Below are positions 33,022 to 44,289 of a DNA stretch of 64,000 nt, piece after piece (position 1 is the first letter of the stretch; the number at the start of each line of letters is the position of its first letter). Below the pieces are notes generated by a model that was not told the origin of the DNA, did not search any database, and worked only from the letters and a program-made list of their open reading frames with translations. The stretch comes from Epithemia pelagica (lineage: Eukaryota > Protista > Bacillariophyta), in the NCBI GenBank assembly GCA_946965045.2, contig OX337228.1, forward strand, positions 4,340,001-4,404,000. The letters run 5' to 3'. The translations under genes were made by a program, and so were the position numbers.

Positions 33022-36000
33022 ATGACTACCAAGAGTCAATACGGTATCGATCCTCCCAAGGTTCCCGATCGTTTGTATCGACCGGCTGATTTTGTCGATC
33101 CTCATGGTCAAGTGGATCGCTTTGGCAGTGCTTGCTACCCCTTGTACGCGTACGACGATTCCCACCACCACAAGAACCACAACCACCAGTGGTGGTGGTG
33201 GATTGGATCATCCTTGTCGTCGTGGTGGTGGAAGTGGTCGGCAACGGGCAATGTCTTGGATTTGCTTTACATTGACTTGTTGCGGATTATCTTGCCCACA
33301 CATCCCGCCATGCATTGGAACAAATTTTTGGCCGTCACGTTGCTCCAAGTCGTGCTCTGGTGTGGAACGGCGTACCGTCTCGTCGTAGGAGGAGGACTGC
33401 CCACCAGCACCACCACAACGCCAACCACAATGCCAACAGCAACCCTGTTGGTCCTTCCCGAACTGGGTATGGTGGGGTGGTGGACTCTGTGGATACTGCA
33501 AAGTGTCGCCTTGGTGGCATGGTTCTGGTACATGCACCCCTTTGTCGTCCTACTACCCTGTGAATGGATGGATCCCACCATTCCGGGATGGAATCGATTG
33601 CCCAGTCATGTCCCCTTGGGATTGTATCCGAGCAAACGACAAGCTCGACACGGCGCTGTTCAATGGACCCTGCCCGCCCGACCCGACGTGCCCACGAGCA
33701 ATCTCTGGCGATTGGATAGTCGGGAGGATTCGACTACCAACAACAACAACAACACGACAGCTCCCGAATGGGACTGTTGCTTGTTTCCGACCGTCCAACA
33801 AGCCTTGCACGCCATTCAAACACTGCAACACGAACGACGACAACCACCACCACCACCACAAGAAGAAGAAGCATCCGGCCACCCCCAGGACAGTGACACG
33901 TGTTCCACCACCGCTTCGTCCGTATCCTCCGCATCCTGGCCCTGGCATTCCACGGCCATTCCCTCGAATTGGACGCGACACGAGCCCTTTTGCCTCCAAA
34001 ATGGTCCCGTGTATACCAACATGAAGTATCCGTGGCCCTGTCAACCACCCTTTGTGCCCGTCCACACCAATCCCACGGCAATTTATCGTCGCGTCTTGAC
34101 CGATTGGCCCACGAACGACTGGTCCCTGTCGGATGGTTCCGAATATACCGTGCTCCTCCAGGGCGTCGAATCGGCCTGCTATGTCTATTGCAATGGCCAC
34201 TGTGTTGGATGTTCCAAGGATTCGCGATTGCCCTGTGAATTTGACGTGACCCCGCACCTCACCACCACCACCACGACGCCCCACGAATTGTTGATTGTCG
34301 TATTGCGTTGGTGCGATGGATCCTATGTCGAAGATCAAGATCATTGGTGGATGGCGGGACTGCACCGATCCGTCGAACTGGTCCGACGACCACCCCGGGC
34401 CGACCTGGTCCACTATCAGTGTCGGGCCACGGCCAAGGGAGACTTGGACGTTCAAGTCTATCTGCGACCCCCCACCCGACCACCACAAGAAGCACCACAT
34501 TCATTGGTACGATCCGTCACCTTTGCCTTGTATCAGGATACGCATCCCCTCGAATGGCATCAAGATGATGATGATAATGTTGTGAATGAGACTGAGAATG
34601 ACGACGAGGATCCATCCGTACCACATCCTTGGAAACAACACGATTCTTCGTCCAAGAACCAAAATGCCATCAGGAAGAATCAGAACAAGAATCCTTGGAG
34701 GGCAGGTCCCTGTCTTTGGGAAGAAACCAAACGATTGGATCACACGGACCTGTCGTGTCATGTTCATACTCAACTCGACGGCATTCAACAGTGGACTGCC
34801 GAAACACCCAACTTGTATACCCTCGTCCTGGCCTTGACCTACGAAACAACGACCAAGGACGATAATACGGCAAGCACCACCACCACTACAACACAAGTCG
34901 AATCCTGTCGGGTGGGCTTTCGAACCATTTCCATTCACGACGGTCAATTGCGGGTCAATGATCGTCCCTTGACCATTTGTGGCATGAACCGACACGAACA
35001 CAATGCCGATGACGGCAAGGTCATTACCGTCCAGTCCATGCTCCAGGATGTCCGATTGCTCAAACAATACAATTTCAATGCGGTACGGACCAGTCATTAT
35101 CCCAACGATTCCGCCTTTTATCGCATTTGCGATTGTCTCGGGTTGTACGTCTGTGACGAAGCCAATATCGAAACCCATGGGATGAAACCCATGGGTCGCT
35201 TGGCTCACGATCCCGGATGGGAAAATACCATTGTCTCACGCTGTACTCGCATGATTCATCGGGATATCAATCATGCCTCGATTCTGTCCTGGTCCTTGGG
35301 CAATGAAGCGGGACGGGGGTGCAATTTGGTCCAAGCCCGACGACTGTGTCAACAATTGGATGATTCACGACCCATTTGCTACGAATCGGGAGGAGCCATT
35401 GCCGAAGGAACGGGACGGACCGAATTGACCGATGTGGTCTGTACCATGTATCCAAATGTCGAACGAACCATGGACTTGGCCACTCGAACGGACGATGATC
35501 GACCAGGTATGTGTGTACATGTCGCTGTGTATCAGAATGGTGGAGTGCGTGCAGTGGACAACGTGTCTCACTGGGCTCTTGTTTCTACTTTTGTGGTTGT
35601 GCCTTTTTTTCGACACGGATCCTTATTTCGACACGGGGTCCAACTCCCCGCAGTGATTTTGTGTGAATATTCCCATTCCATGGGCAATTCCAATGGGAAC
35701 TTGCATCTGTACTGGAAAGAGTTTTGGAATCCCGACATTCCTCGACTTCAGGGTGGCTTTATTTGGGATATGATTGATCAGGGTCTCCGTGTTCCCAAGA
35801 ATGCCAAGCAAGATTACTATTTTGCCTATGGAGGAGATTTTGGTGATGAAATCAATGACCGGCAATTTTGTATTAATGTAAGTGGGTAATATGGTCTCGA
35901 GAGTGCTTTCACAATAACAAGACTCATAGAATGGATCTCCAGGGCATGTTTTCTCCCGATCGGGAACCACATCCAGCTGCAACGGAAATCAAATTTCTCC

Positions 36001-37584
36001 AACAACCCGCCGTCTTTGTTCCATTGGAAGCACATAGTGATGCTCAGACACTTCGGGTTACTGTCCAAGACAAAAAAGCCACTGTCCGTCTTCAGGTGGT
36101 TAATCGATATTCCTTTATTGATCTGTCGCACATTGCCTGGTCATGGCAACTCGTATCGAATCGCAATGTCAAGCCGGTCCGAAAAGAAAGTTTTGTGCTC
36201 CAGGGGGATGTGGCTCATGTCTCTTTGGAAAATGCCATTTCTCGAGTCATTCACCTCGAAAAGACCAAGCCAACCGGAGGCAACTCCTTCTATTTGAATC
36301 TGCGGGGTCGCCTCAAATCTGCCACGCGTTGGGCTGATGCCGGTCACCTGATCGTGTCCCAACAGTTTCCTATACGGTTTTTCTTCCAGGATACTGATAT
36401 CCTTCCATCTCATGTCAAACCGACCACCAAAGAAGATTCGTCAACTCTTTCGGCAGAGACTGTTGACACCTTCATCACAATATCAAAGACTAGCGCAAAT
36501 GGCCGAAAGACGAGTCTGGCCTCATTCGACTCCAACACAGGTGCCATGGTCTCGTACAGTCCAACTGGAAAGAATTTACTGGCAGCGCCATTGACAGTGA
36601 ACTTTACTCGCGCCGCTACGGACAATGATAGAGGTAAGATGGCTGAATCATTCCCAGTGGGTGTGCATCTGACACTCTAGACTAAGATCATGTGCTTTCA
36701 TATTCTCTCCAAACACAGGTGGTATGGAGCTCGTTCTCGATTTCATGTTTCCAATTCCTGGAGTGAAAGAAATGTTTCAGACTTTGATCGGCAAGAACGA
36801 TTTCTCGTACCTGAGTCACTGGTCCTTGTCGGGTGTTTCACAAGAATGCCCTCCCACCATTCGATGCTTAAACCTCTCTCTCCAGCAGGCTGTTGCAGGA
36901 AAGCAATTCTTTGTTACGGGTAATTGTGATGTCATCCACGGTCGATGGGGAACGTTGTTGATGAAAGTCCTGGTTGTGTACTCCGTGTCTGCGGACAGCC
37001 ATATCGAAGTCTCATACAAGGTTTCTCCAACGACCATGATTGAACGTTTGCCATCGCTCCCGAGGGTGGGTGCCAGCATGCAACTCATTCCATCTCTCTT
37101 CGAAGTTTCTTACTTTGGACGAGGCCCCGAAGAGAATTATCCTGATCGTAAGTCAGGGAGTGAAATGGGTGTTTATGTCACCTCTCCAACCAAAATGGGC
37201 TATTTGAAGTACATTGTTCCAGGTGAGAATGGATCTAGGTCCGATTGTGAATGGATCGCCTTTCGACCACAATCACCTGGCGCAGGGATGATGGTTGTAG
37301 CAGACAAGAACACTTTCAGTTGCAGCGCTCTCTTGCATTCGGCGTCGGATCTGGACAAAGCCCAACACACCTGTGATCTGTCCTCCGTGAATGACGGTGA
37401 AGCACCGATCCACGTTTCGATTGATCATAAAATCATGGGTGTTGCAGGCGACGTCAGTTGGTACCCATGCGTATATCCAGATTTCTTGGTGGCATCAACC
37501 AAGAACTATGAGTATAGTTTTCAGTTGTGCCCACTCGGCGAGAACGACGATGCAGCGATAATTGCACGAAACATAACACAGTGA
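33022..37584 (+). CDS. lacZ: GH2 beta-galactosidase with N-terminal TM extension; exons 33022-35506, 35654-35877, 35943-36633, 36719-37584
   Basis: EDQDHWWMAGLHRSV, GMNRHEH, NAVRTSHYP, WSLGNE (acid/base Glu), ILCEYSHSMGNS (nucleophile Glu), GGDFGD. All three introns are GT..AG and join in frame. Confidence 0.93.
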
Positions 37585-37721
37585 CAACTGTGATAATGTA
37601 CATTATTATGCAAAGGCTTAGTAGTGTTGCTTAAGATTCGACCGACAAACATAGATGCCAACTTTCCCATGGCTGCCTGTCGGAGCTTGTAGTAACGACC
37701 GGCTGGTCGACGCCAATTTAT

Positions 37722-37900
37722 TCATTGGACATTGGAAACATTCACCACAGGCACTGTTCTCAGAGAATCTGTCCCATCTTCTCCAACTGTAACTTTCAAG
37801 TCTTCTTTTTCTGAATGTGGGGCAAAGCGCCCTCGCGAGTTCCACTACTCAGACTCGGAGCTAAGGAACCATTCTTCGAATCTTGATCCCAACGGAATGC
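37722..37900 (-). pseudogene. Diverged copy of the last about 60 codons of the neighbouring 37950-41015 gene, with an in-frame TAG
   Basis: Aligns to 37950-38129 at a 228-231 nt offset; 3-nt indel; TGG>TAG at 37845-37847; same terminal AAT GTC CAA TGA. Confidence 0.85.
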
Positions 37901-37949
37901 CTGTCAAAGTACTTTTAGTACCGACCGGTTGGTCTACCCCCAATTTTTT

Positions 37950-40900
37950 TCATTGGACATTAGAAACGTTCACCACAGGCACTTTTCTCAGTGAATCTGT
38001 CCCGTCTTCTCCTACTGTAACCTCCAAGTCTTCTTTTTCTGAGCTTGTGAACGCAAAGCGTCCTCGCGAGTTCCACCACTCAGATTCGGAAGGAAAGAAC
38101 CATTCTTCGAATCTTGACCCCAACGGAATATCCGAGAAAACAATCACCCACTGGAATTTCGGTGCAAACTTGCGCATCTGCATCAAGAGTTCCATGAGTT
38201 CCTTCGCCAGCCATTTGGGAGAAAGTGATGCATCCTCAACTGTTTCGTCATCAAACCCATACAGTCTCGTCAAGGTACAAATGGCTTTGATATACGACTT
38301 CCGCAAGGTTTCTTCACTCCTAGCAGAAAGCCAAAGACCGAACCGTGTCGAAGGGTCCTCCATCATCCATTTTCGTACAAACTGGTTCGCAACAGCGGAT
38401 GGGAGGTTCTGGTCTCCCATTTTCCCGTTCAACAGCGCCACAAGGCTTCCATCCATCTCCAGGGCCTGCCGTACCTTCGACATTACATTTGCGTTTATCT
38501 CGGCGGAGAACATTGGGGGCAAATTTGGTAATGGTAGATCGCACCACCATGGCTTCTCGTCTTTCCATCTCTTGTCAGGTATCCTGTGAATCGTTCGAAT
38601 GCTAATTTGCCTGAAAGCATCGGTATTCCACATGTATGGCGAGTTTTGTTGTGGTACAATAACAATAGACGAGAAGATATCTTGAAGCAGATTGCCCTGC
38701 TCGTCATACCAGTATTTCGGCAAAACCCAGGAGGCAAAGGTAGTTGGATCGGGTGCGGAACAAAAGACCAAGAAAAACTCGGCCCCACTTCTCGTCTGGG
38801 CCAGAACATGGTAAAAGTCTAGGACCGCCTCTACAATATCCTTCTTGGCCTTCTTTTCCGTGACAGCACTTTCATGGCGAATCCCCCTTGTATACCGTTC
38901 AAAATCGGCACACAAGGCCGACTCGGATCGTGCGTCAAACCAGCAGACATATCGTTTGGCCGGGAGTTCCTTGCGCCATCGTTTCGCTGCATCCCAGACA
39001 AACTGGTCTTCTGTCGTACCTTGACTCTTGTTGGAAACAACAACCGAGACTTTGGTGGAATTAATTAGGAGCTTGAGAGTTCTTTCCCGGCAAAAGAACC
39101 AACCACTGGGCGGCTCGCCCAACTCCATGCCAATCGAACTATTGAGGGCGGGTAGTAGGAACCGCCAGTCCTTTTGGGAAGCAGTGCTTTTACTTGTACT
39201 GCTGCTGGTGTTGGTGGAGGAAGTGAGCGCCGTTGTGGCCGTGGTGCTTGAGGAGGAGAGTGCCTCCGATGGGGCAGGACGCTTCCGAGAGATGGTCGTA
39301 CTTGATTCGGCTTCCACAATGGGATCGGTGGAGGAACTCAGGAGAGCTTCGGGCGCGCGTTCTTCTGCCTCGGATCCAGAGCAGGTACTCTGTCCAGAGT
39401 CTTGCAATTGAGTTCTTTCGGATCCAGCAACGCCATTCCCTTCCTTTGTATGGGATGGTAGTCGCTTCAAGGTCATGAGGATGGAGCGCAACGGTGATTC
39501 TAGCCGTTGTTTGAGGAGAGGTGTGTTACCCGTAATGTCGACCAATTTGGACTGAGACCAGACTTCTTCGGACAGGCGTTGCAACCTTCCACGATTAGCG
39601 TCTTCTCTCTGTGCCGTCCAAAGACGGAACTGTCGTTTCCCAACGGAAACGGCATACTCTTGTGCCCGCACAATGATGGGGCTCACGTGACGTCGAACCT
39701 TGAGTTTCTGGAGCTTGTCTTCCCACTCTGCACGAAACTTGGGATTCATCTCGATTTGTTCTTGGAAGTAGGCCTCGATCAACTTGAGAAAAGTGTGATT
39801 GTCCAGAACGGAAAAACCGACACAGCCACACACAAAGTGCATATCATTGGGAAATCGGCTTACAATCTCCCCTCCTGTGGCAAACACTTCGTTTCGATTG
39901 GACGTTGAAGGGGGGCTTCCTGGAGGTCCTCCATCTGAGTAGCCATCAGCCGAGGTATCCTCTCTCGGCTTGGCGCTACTTTCGTTGGATCCTTCGCTTT
40001 TCATGAGGGCACTCAATCCTTCCACCGCTTCCATCATATCCGGGCTTGCAAAGACTCGTGCTCGGTCCATTTCGATCTTCTCTGTCCTCGGCCTTCCATT
40101 TTCCGAAGGATTGGATGTTGTTGGTGGATAAGGTAGGCTAGTAGTATTACCGGTCGTCCCGTGCTCTTTGGTCACATTGGTGGTCATGCCAACACCACCA
40201 ACTTCGGGTGGCGTTACAACGCTGTATTCAGAAGATTGAGGAGGACCTGCTTCTCTTTCCGTCTTGCTGACAGGCTCTGGTTGCACTCCATTTCTGTGCG
40301 TCTTGCGTATTTCATGAGCTTGCTCCCTACAGAGATGATCGATAATGTCAATGGCCCAATCCCTCCCCACTTCGATGTAGACTCCCTTGGGATAGGATCG
40401 AATATTGCTAATGCTCCCATGTTCTTCGATAATGGACTGCATCCTTGTGCGACTAAGCCATCGCTTCTGGGAGGAAAGTGTCGGTGGGATGGTGGTGCCA
40501 TTGGGCAAGGTAATGCCCTGTACGGCCTTGGGCTTTTGGGCTTGTTTGGCCGCCAGGGCCTCTTCATCTTTTTCAAGTCGTGGGAGTACATAATCTCGAG
40601 GTGTCACGAATAGCAGAGTCTGAAAGAGGGGATGGTTGTCAAAGAGGCCAATGGAGATTTGTGCACGGTCTTTTCGTGCCGTCTCCACATATTCATTGGC
40701 ATGATCGGCTACCAGCGATCGCACCGCGCGGTTGCCCTTGTGGAAATTGCCGTGCCCACCGCGACCCACGAGAAAGAACCGACTACTGTTTAACACTTCC
40801 TCGCTATGAAAGTACTGCTGATTGGAAGAACCCGATTTCTTCTTCCTTGGTTGCATCATTCGACTCATGCTCATGGGGAAGGATTGAGAGCTGTTCTTCT

Positions 40901-41015
40901 CTCGCTCAGACTCTCTCAAAAGGGAGATCTTCAATCTGCGAGTGGTTTTTTTGGATTGTGGTTTGAAACGCACAAAAACCAGAGGTGGCGAAGTGGCTTC
41001 TGCTGCTGCGGCCAT
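37950..41015 (-). CDS. 1021-aa protein with DUF6824-like domain(s) and two degenerate STAND/NB-ARC-like domains
   Basis: LVGRGGHGNFHKGNRAVRSLV is DUF6824-like. Two C-terminal repeats carry WFDARSESAL / WLSARSEETL and FFLVF / WVIVF...GRFAFTS. Confidence 0.6.
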   Translation of the reverse strand: MAAAAEATSPPLVFVRFKPQSKKTTRRLKISLLRESEREKNSSQSFPMSMSRMMQPRKKKSGSSNQQYFHSEEVLNSSRFFLVGRGGHGNFHKGNRAVRSLVADHANEYVETARKDRAQISIGLFDNHPLFQTLLFVTPRDYVLPRLEKDEEALAAKQAQKPKAVQGITLPNGTTIPPTLSSQKRWLSRTRMQSIIEEHGSISNIRSYPKGVYIEVGRDWAIDIIDHLCREQAHEIRKTHRNGVQPEPVSKTEREAGPPQSSEYSVVTPPEVGGVGMTTNVTKEHGTTGNTTSLPYPPTTSNPSENGRPRTEKIEMDRARVFASPDMMEAVEGLSALMKSEGSNESSAKPREDTSADGYSDGGPPGSPPSTSNRNEVFATGGEIVSRFPNDMHFVCGCVGFSVLDNHTFLKLIEAYFQEQIEMNPKFRAEWEDKLQKLKVRRHVSPIIVRAQEYAVSVGKRQFRLWTAQREDANRGRLQRLSEEVWSQSKLVDITGNTPLLKQRLESPLRSILMTLKRLPSHTKEGNGVAGSERTQLQDSGQSTCSGSEAEERAPEALLSSSTDPIVEAESSTTISRKRPAPSEALSSSSTTATTALTSSTNTSSSTSKSTASQKDWRFLLPALNSSIGMELGEPPSGWFFCRERTLKLLINSTKVSVVVSNKSQGTTEDQFVWDAAKRWRKELPAKRYVCWFDARSESALCADFERYTRGIRHESAVTEKKAKKDIVEAVLDFYHVLAQTRSGAEFFLVFCSAPDPTTFASWVLPKYWYDEQGNLLQDIFSSIVIVPQQNSPYMWNTDAFRQISIRTIHRIPDKRWKDEKPWWCDLPLPNLPPMFSAEINANVMSKVRQALEMDGSLVALLNGKMGDQNLPSAVANQFVRKWMMEDPSTRFGLWLSARSEETLRKSYIKAICTLTRLYGFDDETVEDASLSPKWLAKELMELLMQMRKFAPKFQWVIVFSDIPLGSRFEEWFFPSESEWWNSRGRFAFTSSEKEDLEVTVGEDGTDSLRKVPVVNVSNVQ

Positions 41016-41817
41016 GCGTTTGCATCATCCCTCCCGCGACGGACGAAGTGAGCAAAAAATCCAAACACGCTGCAAACCCACGCGTCTACTGGCACTACAA
41101 CACGGGAAAGATCCGGAAAAGTTAACTAGTAGATGGTACGTAGTCGCAGTGTTCGCTATCAATCCCACATACTGAGGAGTTGGTGTCAGACAAAGTTCTG
41201 TCGCTTGTGCTGGGGTCGCGCAGCTGGTCAAAATCCACAAGTTCCGGTGGCGGGCGCAAGTGGTGAGACCATATGGTCCACGATGCACTCTACAACTTTC
41301 TGTAGAATTAGCGAGAGGGCTTTCCACACGTCGGCAGGTCCACCCGCGCCAAAAGCGTGCCACCTCTCTTCTTTTTGCGCCACTGAAAAAGACCTGGTAG
41401 CATGGTTGTGGTGGAGGGAGGATGACCCGCCGTCGTTCTTTTCCTTTTCCACGCACTCGCAAGGACGACTGCGACCGGTCGAAAGACTCTTCGGTCGAAC
41501 AACCATGATGAAAAACTGTGATCACTACCCTCCGACATTCAGATTTCAGATCCAAGATGTCTATCACCACAATATGATCAATGGCTCGAACACCCAAAGC
41601 TGATCGAGATCTTTCTGAGACGATGCATGCATATCTTGCCAATCCCACAGAGAGTGCCGGCCTTCTTAGGTCGCGGATGGAGAAAATCACACACGATCGC
41701 TGTCTTTCAGCCATGCACGTCTGAATTCTGAATCCAAGGTGAGATCGAAGAGAAATGCGATCTTGTCGATGATCTCACAACCATCAGCTTGAAATAAAAG
41801 TAATAACACTCCACAAC

Positions 41818-44289
41818 ATGATGGTCAAAGACAAAAAGCAAGAAATCATAGACGTGTTGGAACGTCATGCCCCAGATCTTGTCCTGGATACGGATACCAC
41901 AATGCTCGACTACATTGTGGGCATTCTGTTGGACCAGGATTCGGATGCGAATCCGGACAGTCTCCAGGAACTCGTGGCCCCCTTTGTCGACGGAGATTAC
42001 ACCGTGGTGGCAAAGATCCTACAAGAAATAATACCACACTCGGGTGATGCCTGTCAATCTGATTTGTTGGATCAAGTCCGACGACTAGATGGTGTGAACG
42101 ATTTGGCGGACAACGACAAGGCTCCAACTGACGGCCATGAGACATCGGATGGCGATGAGGAAAATCACGAAAAGCATTCCAAAACGAAACGGGAAACTCG
42201 AGCCCAGAGAAAGGCGAACAAACAACGGCTGAAAAAAGATTTGGCGGTTAACGTTCCGTCCTCCGACAAAGAACGGGAAGAAATACCAGTCGAAGACGAT
42301 TTGAGTGCATGGAACGAATGTCAGGAACAGTCCCTAACATGGGGTGGACGAGGACATGGAGGACGGGGCGAATATGCTGGAGCTGTGAACCACATCAAAA
42401 GCAACATTCATTTGTCCAATGTCACCATTGCCCTTCCCAATGGCAAAGAGCTCTTGTCCAACACAAGTATGGACATTCAGAAGGGCCATCGCTTTGGACT
42501 GATCGGAAGAAATGGGGTGGGTAAGTCGTGCTTGCTGCAAAGACTTGCCAAAAAATCCATTCCTGGCATGCCACATGACATGCGTGTTTTGCTGGTGCAA
42601 CAACAACTCGCTGGTAGCAATGAGACACCATTGCAAGTTCTTCAAAAGGCGGACGTCCATCGCGTACGACTTTTGCAAGAGCAAGAAGAGCTGGAAGCAT
42701 TGCTTGAAACATCGGACGATTTGTCCCAGATGGAAATTACAGACACCGCAGAACGACTGGGAGCTATTGCCGAAGAACTAGACACTATGGATTCCGATAG
42801 AGCCGAAGAAAGGGCCTTGGCAATTCTGCGAGGACTTCAATTTACCCCTGAAATGTTGGATGCACCCACGCACAATCTTTCGGGTGGCTGGAGGATGCGG
42901 TTGAGCCTGGCACGAGCACTCTTTGTTCAAAGCGATCTATTGCTCTTGGATGAAGTATCGAATCACATTGACCTCGCTGGTTTGGATTGGTTGATTCAGT
43001 ATTTGCGGAAAGATCGCGAACGCACCATGATCATTGTATCGCATGACCGATCGTTTCTGGATGCGGTTTGTACAGACATTATTCACATGAATCACCAGGT
43101 GTTAAAGTATCACCCAGGGAACTTTTCCGAATTTGAACGTCAGCAGGAAGAAAAGTCTGCTCGAGAAGCACAAATCCTCGATGCCGCGGAACGACAAAGA
43201 AACAAGGCAGAAGCATTTGTCCAAAAACAAGAAGCCATGGCTCGAAGCAAGTCTGCCGATCCCAACAAGCAAAGACAAGCCAAGATGATCAAGGACAAGA
43301 AACTCGATCGAATTGGGAACTACAGGGAAGATGGCAAAAGGTACAAACTAAATTCATGGAAGAAACTGGATGAAAAGAGTTTACGGCTGGCACAAAAAGT
43401 CACAATCGAAGTGGACGAGCCAATCATAAAGATGCATTTTCCAAACCCGACATGGCCCATTGGGATTGGTCCCGATGATGCCATTGTACGAATGGAAAAG
43501 TTCAGCTTTGGTTATTCCGACAGTGGTAACATGATCCTCAAGAGGAATACACTGAACCTGAGTCGGGGAAGCAAGGTGGCGTTGGTTGGTAAGAACGGAT
43601 CTGGGAAATCAACCCTCATGCGTCTGTTTGCACAAGAAATCAAACCAACGGATTACTGCTCGAGCGGCGAGTTTTGGCATCATCCAAACATCAGGATTGG
43701 ACACATGACTCAATTCTCCGTCGAAGAGCTGGAACAATATGCACATCAAACAGTAGTGGAGTACGCCGAAGAAAAGTTACGATCATGCAAGGCCTCCGCT
43801 AGCATTGTCGCCAAAGCATCGGGAAACATTCGACAGTATTTAGGAGCATTTGGTCTGGGAGGGAAGCACGCGATGCAGCCCATTGGAAAACTTTCTGGAG
43901 GTGAAAGAATGCGACTTTGCTTTGCAACAGTTTTGGCTGAGGAGCCTCATTTGCTATTGCTGGATGAGTCCACTAACCACTGTGACTACGAAACTCTCGA
44001 CTCCATGTCCAAAGCACTAAATGAATATCAAGGATCCGTTCTGATGGTCTCTCACAACCAGGGATTCTTGAGCGGGTTCTGCGAAGAATTGTGGGTTCTC
44101 AAAGAGGGTCATATAGCGGTGAACCACAGCGATACAAACACCTTCGATGAACTCTTTTCCGATTACCGATCAGCAGCAACAGGTTCATCTTCTGAATTGG
44201 AAGCAACTCGTCGTCAGCAAAGGGTTCACATGGCGAAGCGTGCGGAAGTCCAACGAGCCAACGCGAAGCAGAAAACTGCATTGGTGTGA
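41818..44289 (+). CDS. ABC-F family ATPase (ABCF3/GCN20-like)
   Basis: Two NBDs (GRNGVGKS/LSGGWRMR/LLLLDE and GKNGSGKS/LSGGERMR/LLLLDE); no TM domains. Confidence 0.93.
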   Translation: MMVKDKKQEIIDVLERHAPDLVLDTDTTMLDYIVGILLDQDSDANPDSLQELVAPFVDGDYTVVAKILQEIIPHSGDACQSDLLDQVRRLDGVNDLADNDKAPTDGHETSDGDEENHEKHSKTKRETRAQRKANKQRLKKDLAVNVPSSDKEREEIPVEDDLSAWNECQEQSLTWGGRGHGGRGEYAGAVNHIKSNIHLSNVTIALPNGKELLSNTSMDIQKGHRFGLIGRNGVGKSCLLQRLAKKSIPGMPHDMRVLLVQQQLAGSNETPLQVLQKADVHRVRLLQEQEELEALLETSDDLSQMEITDTAERLGAIAEELDTMDSDRAEERALAILRGLQFTPEMLDAPTHNLSGGWRMRLSLARALFVQSDLLLLDEVSNHIDLAGLDWLIQYLRKDRERTMIIVSHDRSFLDAVCTDIIHMNHQVLKYHPGNFSEFERQQEEKSAREAQILDAAERQRNKAEAFVQKQEAMARSKSADPNKQRQAKMIKDKKLDRIGNYREDGKRYKLNSWKKLDEKSLRLAQKVTIEVDEPIIKMHFPNPTWPIGIGPDDAIVRMEKFSFGYSDSGNMILKRNTLNLSRGSKVALVGKNGSGKSTLMRLFAQEIKPTDYCSSGEFWHHPNIRIGHMTQFSVEELEQYAHQTVVEYAEEKLRSCKASASIVAKASGNIRQYLGAFGLGGKHAMQPIGKLSGGERMRLCFATVLAEEPHLLLLDESTNHCDYETLDSMSKALNEYQGSVLMVSHNQGFLSGFCEELWVLKEGHIAVNHSDTNTFDELFSDYRSAATGSSSELEATRRQQRVHMAKRAEVQRANAKQKTALV

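Noticed and set aside
41025-41714. ORFs of 229, 156 and 92 aa between the DUF6824 gene and ABCF
   Set aside because: No recognisable motif or coherent splice model; treated as divergent-promoter/UTR DNA, although a small gene cannot be excluded.
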